DNA of 64,000 nt from Oikopleura dioica (taxonomy: Eukaryota > Animalia > Chordata). Of this stretch, positions 26,338 to 36,372 are shown piece after piece. The stretch's first letter is position 1. The number at the start of each line of letters is the position of its first letter. Where the stretch lies: assembly GCA_907165135.1 (NCBI GenBank), contig OU015569.1, positions 9,982,001-10,046,000 on the forward strand, given 5' to 3'. The translations under genes and the position numbers were made by a program. Under the pieces are notes generated by a model. It was not told the origin of the DNA, did no database searches, and worked only from the letters and a program-made list of their open reading frames with translations.

Positions 26338-26402
26338 GCTCGAGCTCTCTGAAAATTTATCTTTATCAGTTTTTTCGGATCAATATATTTGATCAGCGAA
26401 TA

Positions 26403-29400
26403 TCATTCTGAACAGTCACTGTCAGACGTGGAATCTTCCTCCTCGCTCTCCTCTTCTGATGAGCTGACCACTTCTTCGTTCATTTTTATAACGGCGATCG
26501 CGTTTCTTACCCCTTTCGTGGTGTGCCACCGGCCAAGTCTGACATACGGGATGAGCCCGAAAACAATTACCCCAAGTTACAGACGGCATCATACACAACT
26601 GACCGACTTTGTAACCAATTAATTGTCTCTGACTGATATTTTGCTGGACACAGCAGTTTCCGCAATTGACGAAACCGAGAATTATTTATATTTTACACTT
26701 GATCTCTTGAAATCACTCCAGACGGGACAGATAAACTGTCCGGTGATATCACTTAACTAAGCTTAGATCATTGAATTTGTTTTTCGCCCCTGTCTCGGTG
26801 GTATTGTTAGTAGTATTATTGAGCTCACTCAGGTGAAAATCAAATTTCTTTCAATGAAAATCTTGTTCTATGAGTAGGACCTGACCATAAAAACAAAAAA
26901 TTGGCTGCGCGTTTGATATTACTAATGGGGAAAGCATGGGAAATGAAAATACCAAAAATCTTTCATTATTCGACCGTGAGCATGTTAGATGCAACACGCG
27001 CAAGTAGCCCAAAGTTCTGAAAAAGCTGCATCCCGTGCCTGTTCTCTTGTGCAACTGCGGCGACGATGGTTTTGGCGTCCGTCGAAATGCGCACAGCATT
27101 TATCACTCCACCCTAAGCGCGTCATTTATTAACTGATAATATCCTCTACGTTCTCATTGCATAAACCCATGCGCTTGCATAAAATACAGTCTGGATTCGA
27201 AATTTCCAAATTTAGAGTTGACTTTGGTCATAAAGGTTTACCATTTCAATGGCCGTCAACTGTTGAATTCGTTTCCTGTCTTCCGTCATCATCCATACTC
27301 GTATAAATCCATCACAACCACCAGAGACGAAGCTATCAGAGTTGATAATAGCTCCTAAGGCAGTGACCCATGCTCCCTGAAAAAAATTTCTCTACCAAAC
27401 TTTTTAATAAATACGAAAATAAATTTAATAGCTCGACAAAGTTAGTACCGAAACTATTCAAATGGACTACAAAAATTTATAATCCCTGCTCATTTTTATA
27501 TTTAGGAAAAGGCGCGACAACTCATTTTCCTTTTTGTTAATTGAGAATCTAAGATAGGTAAGTGAGAATTCATTTTCGAGGAAAACGATAGTTTCCGGTA
27601 CTTGTATTTATAAGGACAATGGGAAGGGAAACTTACCGCATGAGCATTACGCATAACGCAAATTGGCTTTTTTCGTTTAGTCGACCAGAAGTTAATCGCT
27701 CCATCGTCGCCCCCTGATACAAAATAAACGTCGTTCAGCAAGGCAACGCAGTCGATACTGCCGTGATGACCCCTTAACTTGTCGATTTAGAAGTAGAATT
27801 GGAGCAGCCGGAAATAGAAGAAGATAGTAAAAATCTCTTGCTTCTGTCGACTTTGCGAAAAAGTGAGTCAAAGGTCGACAGCCTCGAACTATTAACACCT
27901 GCTTCGTGCACCTTAACCAGACCACAGAAGTAGTCACAACAGAAAGCTTCAGCTCAAGCTATTTCAGTCATCAAAAATAAATCAATACCTTTGTTGGACT
28001 TCTCCGGAATTAACGCACAAATCTCTCAAAAATCAACAAAAATGGACATTATGCAACTTTTAGGTTCACTTTCAATTTTTGCAAAAGCATGGCTGAGGGC
28101 ACCTCTACGAATTAGTAACAGGGCTTTTGAAAGAGAAGAGTTTTAGATATTTGTTATTCAAATAACAAGCCAAGTAAACAATGAGAGAAACGAAATCTTT
28201 TCTGATCGCTAACTAGGAATTCAGTATGTCAGACAGGGAGCAAGGTCTAATTCCTCTTGATTGCGTAAAAGCAAACAGAGACTAAAAATTTAAGAGGACA
28301 AATACTTTGCCATAAAACTTTGCTTGTTCAGCTGAAAGAAATAAAAACGGCGACTGAAGCGGTTGGTTTGGGAGTTTTACGTGAGAGTTTCGCATCGAAG
28401 GGACTGGCAATATTGTTGTACCTGCCATGAAAATCATTATTTTTATTGATTTGGCTAGATTTTTTATTAGGAGGCCATATCCGATGATGCCGGCTCTCGT
28501 AAAGTTATTTTGTAGTGTCGCTATCGCGCTACGAAAAAAATAATTAATTTCTCGTAAAAAATATTAGTACCAGCACAGAAAGCGAAAACAGCGAAAAGTC
28601 AGAACCCACAGAGAGAAAGTAATCGAACACCGACAGAGCATTACTGTATAAATACGTATTTGGCACGAGCAAGTCAACCAACAGTGCTCGTACTTATTTA
28701 TACATTTCCGCTTAGTCACCTTCGACTTCATCGAACCTTGGCAGTCGTTCAAAACAGAGAGCCTGTGCCAAAGATACGGTACTTTATTGCGCTGCCTTCG
28801 ACGCTTTGGAATTCCTTTCTTACGTGGCCTAGTAGAGAATACGCAGTTTCTCCTTTTTTGGAAGGATTGCGATGCATGAGAACTGAAGTGCGCGAATGAA
28901 ATAACTTTGCTAAGGTGGTCTGATTGAGAAGAATGCTCATTAGTCTACCCGCTGCTGGGAGAGACTAGAAATTGTTGGAAAAGCCCTCTATCGATAAGTT
29001 GGCGCGTCATTAATTAAAACTGCTGCATGAGAAGATTGCCAGTCGATTCAAATAGTGGAATTTCCACTTACCGGTAGACGAGCTGCGTCTCTTCTGGGAT
29101 TTTGAAAATGCGAATTGTATTATCTCTTCCGCCCGCTGTAATTGCCCGTTCTCGAGTGTTCGCGTCGATTGCCTGGACTGTATCTTGATGCCCAAACAGC
29201 GTCTCGATATAACTCCGACTATCAGTGTCCCAAACCTGCGAAAAAACGTCAAACGTGCGCCAGTTCAAAGTTAAAAGAGAGAAGAGTTAACATTTGCGTA
29301 GGAATTACGCGGCTACAACTAGAAAAGCTCACTTTGACAGTTTTGTCGACGGAACAGGAGTACATTTCTGGAGCATTTCTTCTGAATGCAAGTCCAGTAA

Positions 29401-30325
29401 TGGCGCTTTTGTGCTGCTCAAATTTGTGAAGGAATTTAAGCGCATCGCTCCATAGATTAATTTTCCCTTTCTCATCGCCCGAAGCTACTAAAGTTCCAGA
29501 GCTACTGACAGCAAGTGCAAGGATCGAGCAATCGTGACCTTCGACGTCCGTTGCATTCTTTCTGAATAAAGCTCTTTAAATTCTACACAAATAGACAAAA
29601 AGGTTCCTCGAGAGATATTTATATCTCTTTGATTGTGTTCTACCACACTACCTTAGACTATATGCTGACGAAACCCTTTTCATCTGCTGAATGGAATGTA
29701 TTGACCACTTAAACAAACTTCAAAGGGGCTCGACGTTGATTTCAAAAAAGTGCTGAACCCGGGAATCAAAATCAATCACATGAGATTAGATCAAGCCCCT
29801 CGCCTTCCGTCTTTGCACGCGCTGTAGATGTGTGCGCTCTTTGGGGCGAATATAACACACGTTGGCGCTTTTTTGTGTCCGTTTTTCGCCAACTTCGTTT
29901 CGATCTAAGGGCAAACATGATAAACAGTTGCACAAACAATGCGTTCACCTTACATCCTTGCAAGCGCTGTTGCAATTCCTCGGCAGTAGCGCGCATTAGA
30001 CGACCTTCCTGCTCTTGGTTAACTTAGGTTCCACAATACTCATTAAAAAAGCAAAAGAAACAATATTTCTTTTGAGAAGACTCCGGTGGAACCGAATCTT
30101 ATCCATCAGAATTTGGCCGTCAATATCATTTTCCTCGCTAATTTGAGCACGAATGCTTTGAATGTACTCTTTTGCCTGTTGTAGCTTCTTCTCAGCAGGC
30201 GCTTCTTCTACTTCCATCTCCGCCTGAGAGGACATCTCCGGCTCCTCGTCAGATTCGATTTCGACATCCGGAGCGTGTGACTGCCGAAAGAAGCCTGACG
30301 ATAGTTTCGACACACGCCGCGACAT
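26403..30325 (-). CDS. RRP9: U3 snoRNP-associated WD40 protein RRP9 (U3-55K)
   Basis: YIETLFGHQDTVQAIDANTRERAITAGGRDNTIRIFKIPEETQLVY; SIDCVALLND; VSGGDDG..KRKKP; AVAQENR|LGRW (via GC-AG intron 26539-27038); acidic tail ending TGA at 26403. Confidence 0.93.
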
Positions 30326-31298
30326 CTTCAGTCTATTTTCATCACCTGAGTACTACCTCGCTTTCTATTCATACACGCTAACCTACAAACTACACGACAA
30401 AGAAAAGACACAGATATTTTTTTTTGAAAAAAGTAACATTTATTGAGGAGTCTCTTTAAGAGATAATTGTGATTTAACGGACTTGTGGAGTAAAGTTATA
30501 GGAACAGATATTTCATTTTGAAATATATATTTTTCGACGTCTTCGTATAACGAATCGTGAGAGAAGCGATCATCTCTTTTGCTTTATAGATGAGTCAGAG
30601 AGAATTATTTCTCAAGTAAGGCGGGATGCGTCTTCGTTTTTCGAAGTCATCTTCTTCTGTGCCGGTTTCGTCCAATTGGAATGAATATAGGTAGATTTTC
30701 AACTGTAACATCCCGATAGATATATAAATTTGCAGGAAAATACGACCATTGTAAAGCGCCGTAAGAATCTTGTTCCGTGAACGATCAAAAAACGAGATTC
30801 TCAAGGCAACTTCAATTTGAGAAAAAAAACGGGGAGTGTAAAGTTGAAAACCTACCTCAGTCGGATTTTCGCTGATTCTTCCCTTTTCTTCCAGTTTCAG
30901 GTAAGAATCGAATTCACGATGTGTCATCTTCTGTTGGATTTGATCCAATTGTAATGACGCTTCCCGACGCTTGTCAAGAAGTTGATTGTCGAAACCGGCT
31001 CGCCATTCTGATTCACTCCCGGATTCGTTTTCCGAATTGTTTAGTGTGTAAGGACGAGTTGACCTTACACACTCTAAACTGCTCGACCTTTACGGACGTG
31101 AAAGTCGGATCTAGTCCTGGTCGAGCAGTAGTGGTCCTGCACCAAGTCCAAGACGCCCTCGCGGGCGTTTTTTCTTCGCATTCTCGGCTTGGTGCTTACC
31201 ATGAAAGGGCGAGAGCGCCAAATAACCTTCTTCATGCTCTGCCCTTTCACAGGGACGTTTGTGAGTCGCATCCCTCTTCTGGGATCTCCTACACCTAG

Positions 31299-32226
31299 GA
31301 TCGACAAATGCCCCGAAATCCGGATCGGGTTTTCGTCGGATTTCCTTGAAGTCTGATTTTTCCGATCGGGTTTTTGTCGGGTTTTCGTCGGGTTTTTGTC
31401 GGGTTTTTATCGGATTTTTGTAGGGTATTTTTCGGGTTTTTGTAGGGTATTTTTCGGGTTTTTATCGGGTCTTTGTCGGGTTCTTGTCGGGTTTGCACAA
31501 CACTAAAGTTGGGGGGTACTGAATTGTGCCGCCCTGCGCCGCCCAGCGTCGCCCGGTCCGAAACCATCCGGCTATCATCCGCCCCAACCATGACCTAAGA
31601 AACAATCCTGAACAAGAGCGAGAGTTGGGCCCCGCCAACCCAATGAGTTCTCTACCAGAAAATGCGCGCGTAAGGGCCTCTGGCCCGTCGCGTGCTCAAT
31701 TAATTAGTGATTTTATGCCAAAATCTGACTTTGGTTGAGAATTACTCTACTTGCACCCTAAATTATAGGTTTACCTTTTTTTTAATTTTAAGACACTATA
31801 AATATGTCAGAATAACTAAGTTGACATGAAAATCTAAATTTCCCGCTTTTGAAAGACAAATATCTTCGGATCCGGCGAGACCGGGCGACGCTGGGCGGCG
31901 CAGGGCGGCGCAGAGCGGCGCAGGGCGGCACAATTCAGTGTCTCCCCTAAAGTTGAATCAAGTTAAATGAATCCAAATCGGCGAAACTAGACAGAATTTT
32001 TGGCTAACAGAATTTCGGGTACTATCTTTAATCAAACTGATGAGTAGATCCGAAGAGAAACCCGACGAAAATACCCTACAAAAATCCGATAAATGACCCT
32101 ATAAAAACCCGATTTTGTAGGGTCGCCAGAATTTCAGCGTCGGGTTTTTGTAGGGTCGGCAGAATCCAACAAAAACCCGACAAAAACGTCGGGTTTCGAT
32201 CGGGTGTCGGGTGGGACTTGTCGATC
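31299..32226. mobile_element. Non-autonomous DNA transposon (MITE) with subterminal TCGGGTTTT arrays
   Basis: CTAG-GATCGACAA (31295-31307) ... TTGTCGATC-CTAG (32218-32230); the TSD reads as CTAG or TA. Many TCGGGTTTT/TAGGGT repeats lie on the left and AAAACCCGA repeats on the right. Confidence 0.85.
31511..31946. mobile_element. Nested MITE, ~45-bp GC-rich TIRs, 8(-9)-bp TSD
   Basis: Left GGGGGGTACTGAATTGTGCCGCCCTGCGCCGCCCAGCGTCGCCCGGTC; right GACCGGGCGACGCTGGGCGGCGCAGGGCGG...CACAATTCAGTGTCTCCC; flanked by the direct repeat CTAAAGTT(G) at 31503 and 31947. Confidence 0.88.
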
Positions 32227-33248
32227 CTAGTCCTACACGCTCTTGTCGTATAGGAGCTCATCGGAAGAGGCGAAGAAGAAGCATGTAGCTCGACATGAGC
32301 TACAATTTCTTCTGCTTCAGTATCTTCGCACTCTTCGCCGCTACTGCCCATCAGATCGTGCTTTCTGTTTTCTGTACTTTCTGATGGTAGCGGATCAGCC
32401 CACAGACGACCGTTTTACAGGACGTCTGAAGCTTAGCTTAAGCCTGGACAAGGCGAAAGCTACTGACGGCCGGCTCCAAAGGTTCAATTTTTTTCTTTTG
32501 GTTTCTTTGCCGACCGTCCTCTGGTGGTGAAACTGTTGTCACGCACCCTAGTGCTGCCCAAAATTAGACGATTGTCTTTTGCTGGCTCGACAAATGATCA
32601 AGGACGTAGAAAGATAAGAAAACATTCTAGAGTTAAGATTAAGTCTCTATTATTGATTTAGTAAGACTAGTAGCTTGTCGAGCCATTCCTATTTTGTAAA
32701 GAGCCCCGGTGGCTGTTCCATTGAGTAGGAGAATTGACCCCCTTCTAGGCCGATAGTCACTGATTCGGTGACTCGCCTCGCTTTGGAAATTGTTTTATTC
32801 TTCCACGCCGCGCGAGGCGAGTCAAGTAACTCATAAACCCAGTCCTTCTTCTTTGCCACCGCGAATTCCTCTTCCTTTGGAAAACGCGAGAGGCGGAGCT
32901 CGTTCCTGACCGGACAGGTCTAGGAACGATAGAGCTCGGAACTGGGTAGAGGCTAAGGAGAAGCAGCGCACACGGGACTCCTCGCGAAGCACCGATTCAA
33001 AGTACGACGAACGGCGCTTCTTCTAGGCAGTCTTTCATTGACTGAAATGAATCGTTATAAAAAGACTTTGGATTGAAGAAACTTACCCGTCGGATTTGAC
33101 CAACGGACCCCATCTAACTTCTATTCCATTAGAGTTGCTCAAGGACTTCTCCATTCAATACCATTCGACATCTAAAAATAAATGAATTATTTTTTGTTCC
33201 CTTGTCGACAATAGTAAAGGAAACAACAGATTTATAAAATTTTAAATT

Positions 33249-35648
33249 CTAAGATTGGGCAGCGGAAAATATTGACATGTGGTTTAGTAATAGTCTTCCT
33301 TTAATCTTGCTCTGTAAAAAAAGGGTCGAAATTCATGCGGAAAAAATTTTACCTCGGAACGCGATTTTTGGAAAAAGCTCTTTTCGCCGCGTCTGCTGGA
33401 GTGCAACTGACGAAAAAGTGAAATTTGACAACACGAAGGCACGTGTTCTAGAGAATTTTTGTCTCGAAAATCGCTATTTGAAAACAACCTACGCAATATT
33501 TCGACGAATCGAAAATTTCGACCCTTCCCGGAATAAAGCTTTCTCCGTCGATAAAAAATGAATAGTCTTTGGACTCCTCTTCGGTGTTAAACTTTGACAT
33601 CGCTTTTCCTGGCGTCAAGTCAAAATCCGAAGTTACTAATTTTCGAACATCGAGCTCTTTCACGTGACCAAAAGCGCCCTTTCTCGTCGAAATTGGGTCA
33701 TTCACAAAAGGCATCAGCAGTGACAGAATATTGCTTTTGTCGAATTCTCTTTCAAACGTAAATTCCACCTGGTGACTACTTCTGTCCCCGTGGTTTAAGG
33801 CAAGGTTCATCTCCAAGAAACTCACTGTTTCTTTTTTGTCCAGATTAATTTCCTTCACCGAGTCATTTTGCTGAGGAAATGTGCTTGGCGCGGGCGTAGA
33901 GGCAGCACGTGAAAAACCGAAGAATCCTTTACTAGCAGAGGAACGCTAAAATTCATATAAGGAACGACAATCTAACGAGAAATCTCCGAGAATTCATCTT
34001 TTTTGCTAGTTCCGAACATCAGAAACCAGAGTTCGAAATTTGTTGGCAGTACTGCCATGACTGCCACTGGCAGCTGCCAATTTCGGCAGTCACTTGGCAG
34101 TGGCAGTTACATTTTTCAAGGGCTGGCAGTAACTGGCAGCTGCCAACCTACTGCCACTTCGAAAGATATTAATTTCTTTCTAAAGTTTTCTTTCTAGAAC
34201 CATAAAAAACAACGCTTATGATCCAAATTCGCTCCTGAGACCTATATTAATAATAATTAATATAATATTATTCAATCTTTTTAATCAGAAGAGACATTTA
34301 TATCTAAGATATCGTCTCTTTTATCTGTTTTACTTATCGAAAAGACTGTTGTGAACTTAGTTTGACTTTTAAATTTTTTAAAAATAGTATCGAAATTGGC
34401 AGTTTTTGGCAGTCGACTGGCAGCTGCCAGTGGCAGCTGCCGATTTTGGCAGTCACTTGGCAGTGGCAGTTGCAATTTAGAAAAGGCTGGCAGTAACTTG
34501 GCAGTGGTAGTCGCCATTTCAAAAAAGCTGGCAGTCGCTTGGCAGTGGCAGTCGCCATTATCTTTCAGATTTCGAACTCTGTCAGAAACTGACAAAAAAG
34601 ATGGATCTGGCTCTGAGGTAAACAAGTGTTCTCGAAAAAATCACCTTCATTGATTTCTCGCGCTGTGAACGCCATGCCTCCGTCTCCGCATTTTCCTTCG
34701 CCTGAGCTTGACTGAGGGGCTCGCTGAAGTGAAGCTGCAGATCACGCATTTCGTCGAGCTCTCCGCGGAAGTTGGCCATCACGTAGGCGGCTTTACGCTT
34801 AATCGCCTCGAATCCCCAGTACCAGTAAGAATCTAGCCGTCCTTCCATATCTATGTATTTTCCCCAGCGGATTCCGGATAATGTGTAAAGCGTGCGCTCG
34901 GACGAATCTGTCAATGACAACACATCTATCTTCCTTTTTGAATTTGCAACTTTACATTGGGTTTTCAAATAGTGTACCACAGAAAATATTCTCGGTTCAG
35001 CGAAAGCCCAATCCTATCGTCTTAGCAGCTTCTGTAATTCGCATGGGCCTCGTGTAAGGCGCTTGCCAATCGCCATCCGCTTTCGAAGAAAACTGGTACC
35101 AAACGGAGTTCGTCTTTCCGAGCGGAATTATACCCAAAGGAATGTTCTTAAAATCGTCGAAGTCCTTTCTTCTATTTAGGCCGGTGAGAAAGTTCTGAAC
35201 CATCGAGTCGCCGCCTGCAACGACGATCGCGTCGTACTCGGGCTTGATTTCCGCGGCGATGTCTCGCTCGTGCTTGACGTACTCGGTCTTCTTGAGAACT
35301 ACATTCACGCCAGCGCAGTCAAATACTGGCTTAGCGGATCTTTCGTAGCTCTGCGATGCATACCCGCCATTTGCAACTGGGTTGAGCAGAACAAGAATGC
35401 GTCGCGGGGATGCTTGAGAGCAGTCTTGGCTCCTTCAATCAGCGACTCGTCGATTGCGCTCTGGAGGAATTTCGTCGAGTTATGCGACTCCCAGAAGTAG
35501 TTACTTGCGTACGACACTTTTACCGGATTTCTTTCACATCAATTAAACTCGACATAGAGAGAGCAAAGTAAAAATCCATGCCTATGGGTGTGCCGATGAT
35601 AAAACGCCATTTGTACTTCCAAAGCCTAGTCGATTTTATCGCTTGCAT
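33249..35648 (-). CDS. AGK: Acylglycerol kinase, mitochondrial (apparent frameshift at ~35420)
   Basis: N-terminal WKYKW plus TM; RILVLLNPVANGG; DAIVVAGGDSMVQNFLTGLNRR; IPLGIIPLGKTNS; GIRWG..YWYWG; FFIDGE; last exon SKIKGRLLLNHMSIF* at 33249-33311. Confidence 0.9.
33321..33526. mobile_element. Inverted-repeat-bounded element forming almost the whole last AGK intron (introner/MITE-like)
   Basis: Perfect 13-bp IR AAGGGTCGAAATT (33321-33333) / AATTTCGACCCTT (33514-33526) inside intron 33312-33528; no TSD seen. Confidence 0.55.
34027..34581. mobile_element. hAT-type MITE in an AGK intron
   Basis: 13-bp TIR CAGAGTTCGAAAT...ATTTCGAACTCTG, perfect 8-bp TSD TCAGAAAC (34019-34026, 34582-34589), and subterminal TGGCAG/CTGCCA arrays. 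Confidence 0.92.
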
Positions 35649-36372
35649 TTATGAAATCACCATGAATCCTTCTGAAACAGTGGAATTCAGTCCGCGTTGA
35701 ACAGAAGGTTAAAGCTCGGATTTATCTTTGGTGTGTTTTGAAAAGAATTAACAAAGGTTGAATTGATTCAAAAGAAAATGAACCCTTGAATAAATAGATT
35801 AATTCACAATACTCAAGTATTGCGAATCTTGGTGAAATGGGCAGCATCAAATTTGCGTAGTCTAATGAATGAACATGTAACTATAAATCGGTACAGAATA
35901 TATGCAATCAAGCCTCAAACGAATTTGGATAGGATACGTCAGGTTCGAAAGAGCGGCAACGGTAAATTTTATAGTACGGAAGCAAAATCAATTGACTCAA
36001 TTGAAGTCGCTAACGACAAATTTATAGTACTGTACTATATCCTCAAAAAAGAAGCTTGTGAAGTTATTTGAATATCTGATTAAACACTATCTAGTTGCTG
36101 AGCCATTTTCTTAAAGTTACGATGACTTTAGATAACTTGACACGAAGTTATCAAAAATACATTTAGATGAACAGACGAAAATATGTTCCGTCAATGAAAT
36201 GATCATCTATTGCACTAAATAAACCATTTGAAATGATCATTATTCACACGCTGAAGCTTTCAACAAGGTCATTTAACAAGCTTTCTTTTACGATTTCTTT
36301 AGAACAGTCCGGAAATTTACATTTTAGCGGTGACAAGCCCGTTCTATCGACGAGTTAGTATTCTTCAATAAA

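Larger units (their letters stand above)
30595..33170 (-). pseudogene. Decayed intron-containing gene of unknown family, disrupted by nested MITEs
   Basis: TTTTTAG acceptor at 33172, exon-like GC-richer blocks separated by GT-AG intron-like spacers, coding-like segments (KKKDWVYELLDSPRAAWK; SEWRAGFDNQLLDKRREASLQLDQIQ) broken by many stops, and AATAAA near 30440. No recognisable homolog. Confidence 0.4.

Noticed and set aside
26403-26483. MNEEVVSSSEEE as the ENT start
   Set aside because: It is the in-frame C-terminus of RRP9 (LGRWHTTKGVRNAIAVIKMNEE...).
28564-28940. Short ORFs nested in the large RRP9 intron
   Set aside because: No homology cues or consistent splicing.
31321-31495. Repeat array as CRISPR or telomere-like
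   Set aside because: Degenerate 10-11-mers without spacers, mirrored at the other end of a TIR element; these are subterminal repeats.
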